This document shows, in pieces, positions 7,190-15,875 of a stretch of 64,000 nt of DNA (positions are counted from its first letter, which is position 1; the number at the start of each line of letters is the position of its first letter). The stretch covers positions 64,580 through 128,579 of the forward strand of contig OZ251486.1 in assembly GCA_965242705.1 (NCBI GenBank), in the 5' to 3' direction. The notes under the pieces were generated by a model. It saw only the letters and a program-made list of their open reading frames with translations. It was not told the origin of the DNA and did no database searches. This DNA comes from Bryobacterales bacterium. Its GTDB lineage: Bacteria > Acidobacteriota > Terriglobia > Bryobacterales > UBA6623. The translations under genes and the position numbers were made by a program.

Positions 7190-9384
7190 CAGTTCATTAC
7201 CCTTTCGTTGGCGAGGTTTTGCAGATGCCGCACGGCCTCGTAGGGGCCGCCGTTGAGCGGGCCGTTTCTGCTCAGGCGGGCGAACTCCCATACTCTTTCG
7301 AGTTCGGAGCGCACCAGCTTTCTTGCGTCGGCGTCGAGGGTTTCGACCGTTCGCGAGGACGTTCCCGGCGGCAGCACCACGAAATCGTGGATTACGGCAT
7401 GGGTTTTGCCGATCTCCTTGCAGGTGCGCAGCAGGCGTCCGCGCCGCTGTATCCATTGGCGCCGCACGGTCGTACTGGCCAGGACGTAGGCCGTTTCGAT
7501 CTGGGGGATGTTCACGCCTTCGTCGAGAACCCGCTTGGCGGTCAGGATGCGCAGGCCGCCTTCCTGGAAGGCCGCAAGTATCTTTCGGGTTTGTTCGCGG
7601 CTGCTCGTTTCCTCGGCCGTCAGTTGGTGGAAAAGGATGCGTCTTTCCTGCAGGAGAGCGTTGACCCGCGCAAGCTGCTCGGGCTGCTTGTCGGTCGCGT
7701 AGATCAGCGTGTGCTTGAAGGCGCGGGGGCCGCGGTCGTCAAGCAGGCTCGCCAGGATATCGAGTTTCTGTTGCGCGGTTTCCAGAATCAGCCGCCGCTT
7801 GCGCAGGAGATTGTCCAGATACGGATCCCTTTCGCCGTCTTCGGTTTTCCATGAGAGGGCGGAAATCTTTTCCGTCAATTCCTGCCATGCGTCCATCTCA
7901 CCGCGGCTCAGTTCGGCGAAATGGACGTGGTAATCGTATTCGGTGAGGCATTTGCCGACGGCCTGCTCGAGGGTAAAAGAGAAACAGATATCGCCGAAAT
8001 AGGCGATCAGGGCATCGGTTCCTTGCTCATCGTACTGGCGGACGGGCGTTGCCGAGAGGCCGAGCCGGAAGTCGAAGATTTCCGGCGGGTCGGCGGTGAA
8101 GGACGCGGCGCCCAGGTTGTGGCACTCGTCGGCGATGAGCAGCTTGGGGGCTTTCGCCGCGGCAACGTCGGCGATGAATTTGGGGGTGCGGAGCGTATCG
8201 TTGCTGACGACCAGCGCTTCGGCGCGGGAGTTGCCCATGCGCAGCCGCCGTCCGGCCTGTTTGATTTCGCGCTCCCGCTTGCCCGGCCCGCCGGCCTCCG
8301 CGAGGTTGATCGGGCGGACGCCGAATTCTTCGATTTCGCCGCACCATTGTTCGATCAACGGCCTGTAGGGAGCGGAAACGACTACGAGCAGCTTGCCGAC
8401 TTCGTCTTGCAGGCGGGCGGCGCAGATCATGGAGGTAATCGTTTTGCCCGAACCGGTGGCCATTTCGAGGATGCCCTTGCGGCCGCTTTTCTCCCAAGCG
8501 GCGACGGCCTGCCCCTGATGGGCGAAGTCTCCGCTTTCGTAGATCAGCCAATCGGGGATATGGAGTTCGGCTTTGCCGATAACCGGATCGGGGGGCGGGG
8601 ATTGCCCAAGGGAAGCCGCGCTGCGCTCGCCGGGCAGCGCCTCGGTCTTGTATTTCCGCACGAGCCGGCGCTCGACGGCTTCGGGAAGGCGCAGGACGCG
8701 GCAATTTTCATCGCCGCCGGCCCAGAGGGCATCGAACTCCTGCCGGAGCCGCTCGACGTGGAAAACGGCCTCGGCGCCTTTCCAGTCGCGGGAGAGGGTC
8801 AGTTGCTCCTTGTTTCTGGACAGCCCGCCCTGGGTGAGATTGGTCGAGCCGTGCAGCGCGGCGCGGTTGGCGCCGTCCGCGAAAAGCCAGACCTTCGGAT
8901 GAAACAGGGCATCGCGCATGACGGCGACCTGGATCAGCAGCCGGTTTTGGGTAATCAGCCAGGCAAGGCACTCGAGGGTATGCCGGGCCAGCGCGTCCTC
9001 GTCGGGCACGTCGTTGATCAGGATGCGTTCGGCAAGGCGGGTCAGGGCTTCGCGGTCTTGCGTCAGGACGTCGAAATCTTCAGCGGTGAGAAAGGGGCTG
9101 ACGATCATGCGCATGGGCGCCGCGGAGTTGCGCAGGAAGGTTGCGAGTCCGGGGCCGATTTCGGCCAACGAGGCGCTCGAAAAATACCCGGTCATGACGT
9201 CGAGGGCCGCGCTCGCCCGCAGCGCGGGGATGAGCACTTCTTCAGCGATGGAGTCGCCCGGAAGCACGTACAGGGGATGCGCAGCGGATACCGCCAACTG
9301 CAGATCGGCCGGCGGCAAGCTGAAGCCGCCGGCCATTTGCCGCAAGGTTTCCGCGGGCGGCTGTTCGAGGTTCACTTGTGGCAT
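7189..9384 (-). CDS. PLD-family (single HKD) nuclease fused to an SF2 DEAD/DEAH (ResIII-type) helicase
   Basis: 731 aa. HKD motif HPKVWLFAD...HGSTNLT. Helicase motifs MATGSGKT (I), LLIADECHNLG (II), LGLSATP (III) and QRRGRLLR (VI). Confidence 0.85.
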   Translation of the reverse strand: MPQVNLEQPPAETLRQMAGGFSLPPADLQLAVSAAHPLYVLPGDSIAEEVLIPALRASAALDVMTGYFSSASLAEIGPGLATFLRNSAAPMRMIVSPFLTAEDFDVLTQDREALTRLAERILINDVPDEDALARHTLECLAWLITQNRLLIQVAVMRDALFHPKVWLFADGANRAALHGSTNLTQGGLSRNKEQLTLSRDWKGAEAVFHVERLRQEFDALWAGGDENCRVLRLPEAVERRLVRKYKTEALPGERSAASLGQSPPPDPVIGKAELHIPDWLIYESGDFAHQGQAVAAWEKSGRKGILEMATGSGKTITSMICAARLQDEVGKLLVVVSAPYRPLIEQWCGEIEEFGVRPINLAEAGGPGKREREIKQAGRRLRMGNSRAEALVVSNDTLRTPKFIADVAAAKAPKLLIADECHNLGAASFTADPPEIFDFRLGLSATPVRQYDEQGTDALIAYFGDICFSFTLEQAVGKCLTEYDYHVHFAELSRGEMDAWQELTEKISALSWKTEDGERDPYLDNLLRKRRLILETAQQKLDILASLLDDRGPRAFKHTLIYATDKQPEQLARVNALLQERRILFHQLTAEETSSREQTRKILAAFQEGGLRILTAKRVLDEGVNIPQIETAYVLASTTVRRQWIQRRGRLLRTCKEIGKTHAVIHDFVVLPPGTSSRTVETLDADARKLVRSELERVWEFARLSRNGPLNGGPYEAVRHLQNLANERVMN

Positions 9385-10214
9385 GCGAGGCAGACCTTGG
9401 CTTTTCCGTAGAGGTCATCGATATCGACGGGTTCGGCGTCGGGGCGGAGCGGGTTGCGCTGGAAGGCGGCGCGCATGCGCTTGAGGCGGCGCTCGTGTTC
9501 TTGCTTGATTTGGGCGACGCGCTCGGGTTTGGCGATGTCGATCAGCGATTCGCCCTGGCTCCAGGTGAAGGGCGAGCCGTGGTCGCCGGCGTGTTTTTCG
9601 TAGCGCTTGGCTTCTTCGAAGTATTCCGGGTGCCGCTCCATCAGCCGCACCCATTCGATTTTTTGCTGGAAGAAGCAGAAGGTGCAGCCGCTGCGGGTGC
9701 GCCATTCGTAGTATTGGGGCAGCCCCAGTCCCGCGCCTTCCAGGATTTCAAGGACGCCGGCCTTGTCGATGCCGGCGTCCTTGAAGGGCAGGCGGACGAC
9801 GAGATCGTCGTGCTTGGAGGCGTAGCCTTCGCGGTATTCCTCATCGGCGCGGATGGCGACGTAGCTGAACACTCTGGCTCCGTTGTCGAGCGCGGGCTTG
9901 ATCCACTGCTCGAAAGGGCGCAGCTTCAATTGCCGCGTACACCAGCGGGACTGCGGCGAGGGCAGGAAGTTGCCGTATTGCTTGAGCCAGAAATCGAAAT
10001 CGCGGTCGGGATTCAGGCGCAGGATGGGCTTGCCCAGGAACCCTTCGAGCTTGACCAGGAATTCATAGACTTCGGGCAGTTCCTTGCCGGTATCGGTGAA
10101 GAAGTAGTCGATATCGAGCTCGGGGCGGGTCTGGCGCATATGGACGGCCAGCGCCGCGCTGTCGCGTCCGCCCGACAGGCCGAGGACGTGCCGTTCCGGT
10201 TGCGTCTTGCTCAT
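9372..10214 (-). CDS. sspD: PAPS-reductase / ATP-pyrophosphatase family protein, SspD-like
   Basis: 280 aa with PP-loop LGLSGGRDS. Cys cluster CTFC and a C-terminal CLAC. Start overlaps the sspC-like stop by 4 nt. Confidence 0.75.
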   Translation of the reverse strand: MSKTQPERHVLGLSGGRDSAALAVHMRQTRPELDIDYFFTDTGKELPEVYEFLVKLEGFLGKPILRLNPDRDFDFWLKQYGNFLPSPQSRWCTRQLKLRPFEQWIKPALDNGARVFSYVAIRADEEYREGYASKHDDLVVRLPFKDAGIDKAGVLEILEGAGLGLPQYYEWRTRSGCTFCFFQQKIEWVRLMERHPEYFEEAKRYEKHAGDHGSPFTWSQGESLIDIAKPERVAQIKQEHERRLKRMRAAFQRNPLRPDAEPVDIDDLYGKAKVCLACHK

Positions 10215-13200
10215 GGGGCGGCTCCCTCTCGGTCCGCCGGCTCCGCGGCGTCCGTCAGATAGCGGGCGCTCAACTCGGCCAGGGCGGCCAGAACGACGTT
10301 TCGCGGCGCTTCGCCGGCTCCGCGCAGCGCCGCGTCGATGCGGTCGCGCAGCGCCCGCACTTTGGGGCGGTCACGGTCGGCGAGGTCGAATTCGCCGCTG
10401 AGCGGCGTCGGGCGTCCGTCGATGCCGACGACCACGGCCAGGGCATGGCGCTTGTCGGGGCGGCCCTTGACGCGGGCGAAGGTTTCGGCGCGCAGGAACC
10501 GTTGGGCCATGGCGGCGAGCTCGATCGCGGCGCGGTCGATATCGGCATCGACCCAGGCCGCGGGGGGCTTGTTGACGGCCATGCTCGCCAAGCCTTGCAG
10601 GTCTTCGCCGCTGCCTTTGAATTGGGCGAGGCGGACGACAAAGGCTTCGAGGCGGTTGTCGCCGGCAAGCCCGCGGACGTTGGCGGCGCGGCCGCGCAGC
10701 TCGGCCAGCATCGCCGGCGAGCCGTTGGGCACTTGCAGTTCGGCCAGCAGCATTTCTTTCATGCGGGCGAGCATCCGCGGATAGGCTTGCTGCAATTCCT
10801 CCAGGCCTTCGCGGACCCGGGTTACGATGCGCCGCGCGGTTTCCTTTTCGCCGCCCGGCGCGCTGCCGTCCGGCGTTTCGCCGTCGAGAACCGAGGGCAG
10901 GTCGTCGAAGATCAAGCGGTTCGGGTCGTTGGCTTGCTTGAAGAGCCGGCGGATACGCTTGGCGGCGCCCGAGAGTCGCTGGGTGCGGCCCGTCCAGGGC
11001 GGCAAGCGGTCGTGGATAGCCACGAGGCCTCTGGCCACGTCGATGGGTTCGAGGTTGCGGAGCGCGTTCGTCTCGTCGAGGGCGCGCACCGCGGAGGCCA
11101 GCCCGGAGAGCAGCCGCCGCGCCTCGTCGTCGAGATTCATCCAGCGCAACTGCACGTCGGCGGGGTCGTTGACCAGATAATCGATATCGAGATCGGCGAC
11201 GCCCGCCTGGAAGACGCCTTGGCGGTAGAAGGCCAGATTTTCACGCTGCGAGAGCAGGAACGCTACGGCCAAGACGGGCAGCAGGCCGTCTTTGACGCCG
11301 TAGGGCGGCCGCCGCCAGACGTCGTAAATTTCGGCTATCGGGAGCGCCCGATTGGCGTTGTCTTGCAGGTATTTTTCGGCGGCCCGCCAAGCGGGCGACA
11401 GGTTGCGGTTATGCGGGGGGGGGGGGGGGGGGGGGGCAAAGCGCAGCCCGGCCGGCGTTTCGCGGTACAGGCCGGCGGCGTCGAGCAGGGAGTCGAACAG
11501 GCCGCCTTCGGCGGGGAAGCCTTCGATGCCGAGCCGCGGCTCGCCTTCGTTGCCGACCATGCGCCGCAGGAGGGCGTTGCGCGCGGCGGCGGCGCTGCTC
11601 GACGGCTTCACGCGGCAGAGGAGCTCGTTGGGCAGCCGCGGCGCCTGCGAGAAGCGGGCGTCGGCAAGGTCGGAAGCGATGGCGTTGCGCGCGGCGGGGG
11701 ACAGCGGCTTGGCGTCGGGCGCAAGGCTGCTGCGCCAGAGCGCGCCGTCGAACGCGCGGGTCAACTCGCTTTCGAGCTTGGCTTGCGCGTCGGCAACGCG
11801 GGCGCGGACCTGCTCGCGCGCCACCCGGTCGCCTTGCAACTCGGGCGTTTCGTCGCGTACGCGTTCGAATGCCGCCAACTCCGCCGTCAATTCGGGAATG
11901 CTCCTGCCGTGCCGCGAGGTTCCAACCATTATGTCCCATTCGCGGTTTCGCCGCACGACCGCCCGGCAAATTGCCTCTGCTTCCGCCTGCGTTTCGCCCT
12001 GCGCGGGGACGGCGAGGAAGAAGCTGCCGAGCGCGCCGCGGCTCGGCTCGCGGGCGGCGGCGTCTTCGAGGCCGCTGAGGGGAACTATGCCGACGTCGAA
12101 CCAGCGCAAGGCGCCCGTTTCGTGGTAGTGGCGCTTGGCCACGACGGGCTGCAGGCCGGCGAGCGCGTTGAGCGAGGCGAAATCGGTTTCGTCCGTTTCC
12201 GCCCGCGCCTGCTCCACCGCCCGGTCGATATCGAAGTCGCTGCCCTCGAAGACCGCCCAGGCGCCCTCGTATTTGCGGAATTCGATCAGACGCCACTGTT
12301 GCAGGCGCTCGAGGGTCTTTTCGATTTGCGGGGGGCTGCAATCGGGCAGGGCGAGTCGCAGCAGGCGGGGGCTTGCGGGCAGGCCGGAGCGGTCTTTGAG
12401 CATATCGGCCAGGGCGACCGTCTTGAGCAGGCGGAGATGCAGGGCGCCGCCGCCCTTGTCTTGGCAGCGTCTCAGGGCGTCCGCGGCAAGCGCCCAGCGG
12501 TATCCGTCGGGCGAAGCCAGGATTGAGGGTTCGAGATTGACGCGCAGGTAGTCCCAGAGGCGCTCGGGGCCGTAGAGATCGCCGCCGTCGGCGCCGCGCA
12601 GAAAATCCTGGAAGCCTTGAGGCTCGGCCGAGTTGAGGAAGCCGAAGATGCTGCGTTGATTCTGTCCGAAGCGCCGCCGCGAAACGGGGCCGAGCAGGCA
12701 GGAGACGAGGGGATGCAGCGGGCGGCATTCCTGCAGATAGTCGGCGAGTACGGAGTCGGGCTGCCCCGAGGCGAGCTCGGCTGCGCCGGCGGCCAGCTTT
12801 TCGAGGCGTTTCGTCCGGCGGACGTTTTGGTTTTCGACGGCGCGGCTGAGGATGTCGATCTGCTCGTCCGGGGCGGCGTTGACGACAAGATCGACGAAGC
12901 GGCCCTGAATTTTCGACCATTCGCCGCGCATCTCGCGCGAGAGGCGGTGGGCGTATTCGGCGAACGCCTGATGGAGGATGCCGACGACGATCAGCCTGCG
13001 GTTGCTGCGCGAGGCCAGCTCGGCCATCTGCTGGAACAGATGGATATCGGCCTCGCCGCGGGCCGCGGCTTCGAGAAACTTGCCCATTTCGTCGAGGAAG
13101 ACGACCAGGCCGCCGCAGTTGCGGGGGTTGCGCGCGGCGATGCGGGAGAGGGCGTCGAGGACGCCTTGTTCGGTCCAGCGCCGCGGTATTCGGCCGCGCA

Positions 13201-13609
13201 AGAGGCGAGACTTGACGAGGGCTTCGCCGATGACCTGCTCGGGGCGGCCGCGCCGGCCGACCACGGGCAGGGTGCGCCAGCCGCTTTTTCGCGGCGGCAG
13301 CGCCTCGGCGAGCAGGGCTGCGGTTTCGTTGCCCAAGGCTTCCGCCGCGCGGCCGCGGACGGCCTCGTTTCCGTTGAGCGCCGCGCTCAGGGCAACGACG
13401 AGGCTCGACTTGCCGCCGCCGTAGGGGCCGGTCCAGGTGAACGCGCCCTGGCCGTTTTCGGCCGCGTGGCGGGCCATGTTTTCGAGCACGTCGGCGGACG
13501 ACTGGGGGCAGAGGAAGCCCTCGAGCGCGGCCGGATCGCGGAGATCGGCGTCGATGCGCACCGCGCGCCGGAAGCGCCGGGACACGCGCACCCGATCGGC
13601 AAGCGGCAT
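10211..13609 (-). CDS. sspC: large P-loop ATPase, SspC-like (DUF499/BrxC-type)
   Basis: 1132 aa. Walker A GPYGGGKSS and Walker B-like VVFLDEMGKF. Start overlaps the sspB-like stop by 1 nt. Contains an in-frame C22 run encoding Pro7. Confidence 0.7.
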   Translation of the reverse strand: MPLADRVRVSRRFRRAVRIDADLRDPAALEGFLCPQSSADVLENMARHAAENGQGAFTWTGPYGGGKSSLVVALSAALNGNEAVRGRAAEALGNETAALLAEALPPRKSGWRTLPVVGRRGRPEQVIGEALVKSRLLRGRIPRRWTEQGVLDALSRIAARNPRNCGGLVVFLDEMGKFLEAAARGEADIHLFQQMAELASRSNRRLIVVGILHQAFAEYAHRLSREMRGEWSKIQGRFVDLVVNAAPDEQIDILSRAVENQNVRRTKRLEKLAAGAAELASGQPDSVLADYLQECRPLHPLVSCLLGPVSRRRFGQNQRSIFGFLNSAEPQGFQDFLRGADGGDLYGPERLWDYLRVNLEPSILASPDGYRWALAADALRRCQDKGGGALHLRLLKTVALADMLKDRSGLPASPRLLRLALPDCSPPQIEKTLERLQQWRLIEFRKYEGAWAVFEGSDFDIDRAVEQARAETDETDFASLNALAGLQPVVAKRHYHETGALRWFDVGIVPLSGLEDAAAREPSRGALGSFFLAVPAQGETQAEAEAICRAVVRRNREWDIMVGTSRHGRSIPELTAELAAFERVRDETPELQGDRVAREQVRARVADAQAKLESELTRAFDGALWRSSLAPDAKPLSPAARNAIASDLADARFSQAPRLPNELLCRVKPSSSAAAARNALLRRMVGNEGEPRLGIEGFPAEGGLFDSLLDAAGLYRETPAGLRFAPPPPPPPHNRNLSPAWRAAEKYLQDNANRALPIAEIYDVWRRPPYGVKDGLLPVLAVAFLLSQRENLAFYRQGVFQAGVADLDIDYLVNDPADVQLRWMNLDDEARRLLSGLASAVRALDETNALRNLEPIDVARGLVAIHDRLPPWTGRTQRLSGAAKRIRRLFKQANDPNRLIFDDLPSVLDGETPDGSAPGGEKETARRIVTRVREGLEELQQAYPRMLARMKEMLLAELQVPNGSPAMLAELRGRAANVRGLAGDNRLEAFVVRLAQFKGSGEDLQGLASMAVNKPPAAWVDADIDRAAIELAAMAQRFLRAETFARVKGRPDKRHALAVVVGIDGRPTPLSGEFDLADRDRPKVRALRDRIDAALRGAGEAPRNVVLAALAELSARYLTDAAEPADREGAAP
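11415..11436. repeat. perfect 22-nt G homopolymer (C22 on the coding strand) inside the sspC-like gene
   Basis: Read directly: atgc + 22 g + caaagc. It encodes APPPPPPPH in the intact 1132-aa frame. Confidence 0.9.
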
Positions 13610-14556
13610 CAGGCGGCGCCCTTTCCGTTGCGCGCCGGATAGTCCGCGGCGAGGAAGTCGAGCGTTTCAGCGCCGGTTGCCTTGCGCTTGCGGGTCAATT
13701 GCTTCAATCCTGCGGCTTCCGACCAGTCGTAGAGGTCGCCGCTGACTTTCTGGAGATCGGCGAGCCGATCGGCCAGGTCGTTTTCTTCGAGCAGGAAGAC
13801 GCGGCCCGGAGAACCCGGCTCGTGGGCAAGGGCTTCGAAGGAAAGGGTATTGCGGGCGTCGGGGAAACGCGACCAGAAATCGGTCACCGCGTAGCAGAAT
13901 ACCCCGGCGCCGAGCGAAGGCTTGCCGCCGCGCATGAAGCGGAAACCGTCGCGCCGGCCGAGCGGACGGATCAAGCCGAGCTCGGTCAGCGGCGACTCGA
14001 GGGTATCTTCGCGGCTCGCCTTGCCCGAGGGCGTTTGGGCCGCGTAGGTGCGCACGAAGCAGGCCACGTCGTTTTTGAGGGTGGCGATTGAGAAACGCCA
14101 GCCGCGCTCCAGGGCGAGTTTTTCCAGTGTTGCGGTCAGCAGAGCGCGTTCGAAGAACAGGGCCGGGAAGTGGCTGAATGCCCAGAACCAAGTGGTTTTG
14201 CGCGGATTGCCGCAGAGGCGCCAATGGATCGTCCAGGCGGCGGCGGGGTTTTCCATCCAGGGGTCGAGGCCGCCGGGGGCGAACAGCCGCCGTCCGAGCG
14301 GGGTGGGCGCGGACGCCGCGGCGTCGATCACTCCGGCGGTCTCGGCCCAATGGCGTATCGAGGCGACCATGTTCTTGCCGACGCCGAAGCGGGCTATGGC
14401 GTCTTCGGCGGAGAAGACCGACTCGCCGAGGCCGGCGTCTTGCGCGGCCGCGGCGGCATCGACGGCTTTTTTGAGCCAGCCGTAGCGCAGGGGAAAGGTC
14501 TCGTGCCCGGAAAACCGGGGCTGGTAGCCGTTTTCGTAGAGGGGACCCCGCGGCAT
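13609..14556 (-). CDS. sspB: DUF4007-type protein, SspB-like
   Basis: 315 aa with N-terminal YQPRFSGHETFPLRYGWLKKAVD, which I recognise as the DUF4007 signature. First gene of the operon. Confidence 0.7.
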   Translation of the reverse strand: MPRGPLYENGYQPRFSGHETFPLRYGWLKKAVDAAAAAQDAGLGESVFSAEDAIARFGVGKNMVASIRHWAETAGVIDAAASAPTPLGRRLFAPGGLDPWMENPAAAWTIHWRLCGNPRKTTWFWAFSHFPALFFERALLTATLEKLALERGWRFSIATLKNDVACFVRTYAAQTPSGKASREDTLESPLTELGLIRPLGRRDGFRFMRGGKPSLGAGVFCYAVTDFWSRFPDARNTLSFEALAHEPGSPGRVFLLEENDLADRLADLQKVSGDLYDWSEAAGLKQLTRKRKATGAETLDFLAADYPARNGKGAA

Positions 14557-14682
14557 GGAATGGTCAATCTCGGCCGATCAGCCGGCTCGACTCAGCCGGT
14601 TCGACATGGGCGGTTCGACATGGGCGGCGCTTCGCGCTATGGTCAATGCTTGGTCGGCGGCAGGCTTCAGGCATCGGGAACC
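14557..14682. promoter_or_regulatory. divergent sspB/sspA intergenic region with direct repeats (candidate operator/promoter)
   Basis: Perfect tandem ggttcgacatgggc at 14598-14611 and 14612-14625. atggtcaat occurs at 14560-14568 and 14639-14647. Near-repeat gccgg(c/t)tcgac at 14581 and 14595. Confidence 0.45.
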
Positions 14683-15858
14683 ATGCGCGGCGCAACGACG
14701 GTCTATGCGGACTATCAGGCGACAACGCCGGTTGACCCGCGTATTATCGCAAAGATGGCCCCGTGTTGGGGCGAGGCGTTCGGCAATCCGCATTCGAGCG
14801 ATCACGCGGTCGGCAGGCTGGCGGAGGCGAAGGTGCGCGAGGCGGCCGCGTCCGTTGCGGCGCTGATCGGCGCCGATGACGACGAGGTGGTTTTCACTTC
14901 CGGCGCTACTGAAGCCAACAATCTGGCGCTGCTGGGATTGGCGCGGAGGGCGCCGGCGGGGCGGCGGCGCATCCTGACCAGCGCCGTCGAGCACAAGTGC
15001 GTATTGGCCGCGGCGCGGGCGCTGCAGGAGCGCGAAGGCTTCACGGTGGAGACGATTCCCGCGGACGGCGAGGGGTTCGTCGATCTCGAGGCGCTGGAGC
15101 GGCTGCTGGGCGACGACGTTCTGCTTGTTTCGGCGATGGCGGTGAACAACGAGGTGGGAACGATTCAGGACATCCCGCGGATTGCGGCGGCGGCGGCGGC
15201 GCGCGGGGTCGTCTTCCATTGCGACGCGGCGCAAGCGCCCTGCGCAATGGACATCGGCAGCCTTGCCGACCATGCCGGCCTGGCGAGTCTTTCGGGGCAC
15301 AAGATGTACGGCCCGCAAGGCATCGGCGCGCTGTACATTCGCCGGGATTTGCAGGAGCGCATCGAACCGCTGATTTACGGCGGGGGGCAGCAGAACGGCC
15401 TGCGTTCGGGCACCATGCCCATGCCGCTTTGCGTAGGCATGGGCGCGGCGGCGGCGCTGGCGGCGGGGGGCGAAGCGGCCGAGGAGCGCGAGCGGGTCGG
15501 GCGGCAGCGCGACCGGTTCGCGGGTCTGCTGGAAGCAGGGGCGTTCCCGGTTGCGGTGAACGGACCGGCTGCGGGGCGGCGGCACCCGGGCAACGCCAAC
15601 ATCCGTTTCGACGGGTTCGATGCGCACGACGTTCTGGGGGCGCTGCAGCCGCGGCTGGCGGCGTCCACCGGCTCGGCCTGCGCGTCGGGCATACCCGAGC
15701 CGTCGCACGTGCTGCGCGCGCTCGGCCTGACGGCGGCGCAGAGCGAAGCCTCGATCCGTTTCAGTTTCGGCAGGTTCACCAGCGACGACGAGATCGAAAC
15801 AGCGGCTCGGCTGGCGCTCGAGGCTCTGGAGTCGGCGTCGGCGGGGCGCGGCGGGTAA
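14683..15858 (+). CDS. sspA: class V PLP-dependent cysteine desulfurase, SspA-like
   Basis: Internal ATG of ORF 14170..15858. VYADYQATTPVD start, FTSGATEANN, SLSGHKMYGP (PLP lysine) and STGSACASG (active Cys). Confidence 0.8.
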   Translation: MRGATTVYADYQATTPVDPRIIAKMAPCWGEAFGNPHSSDHAVGRLAEAKVREAAASVAALIGADDDEVVFTSGATEANNLALLGLARRAPAGRRRILTSAVEHKCVLAAARALQEREGFTVETIPADGEGFVDLEALERLLGDDVLLVSAMAVNNEVGTIQDIPRIAAAAAARGVVFHCDAAQAPCAMDIGSLADHAGLASLSGHKMYGPQGIGALYIRRDLQERIEPLIYGGGQQNGLRSGTMPMPLCVGMGAAAALAAGGEAAEERERVGRQRDRFAGLLEAGAFPVAVNGPAAGRRHPGNANIRFDGFDAHDVLGALQPRLAASTGSACASGIPEPSHVLRALGLTAAQSEASIRFSFGRFTSDDEIETAARLALEALESASAGRGG

Positions 15859-15875
15859 GGCGCGGCGGCGGGCGG

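Noticed and set aside
11415-11436. The sspC-like gene as a frameshifted pseudogene at the G22 tract.
   Set aside because: In the given sequence the 1132-aa frame runs straight through the tract, so the gene is intact here. The tract is reported as a potential switch, not a lesion.
9372-13609. BREX type 4 interpretation (PAPS-reductase BrxP plus DUF499 BrxC).
   Set aside because: The pair is preceded by a DUF4007-type gene and faces a cysteine desulfurase, which is the Ssp signature. No BrxA, BrxB, BrxL or Lhr-like helicase genes are present.
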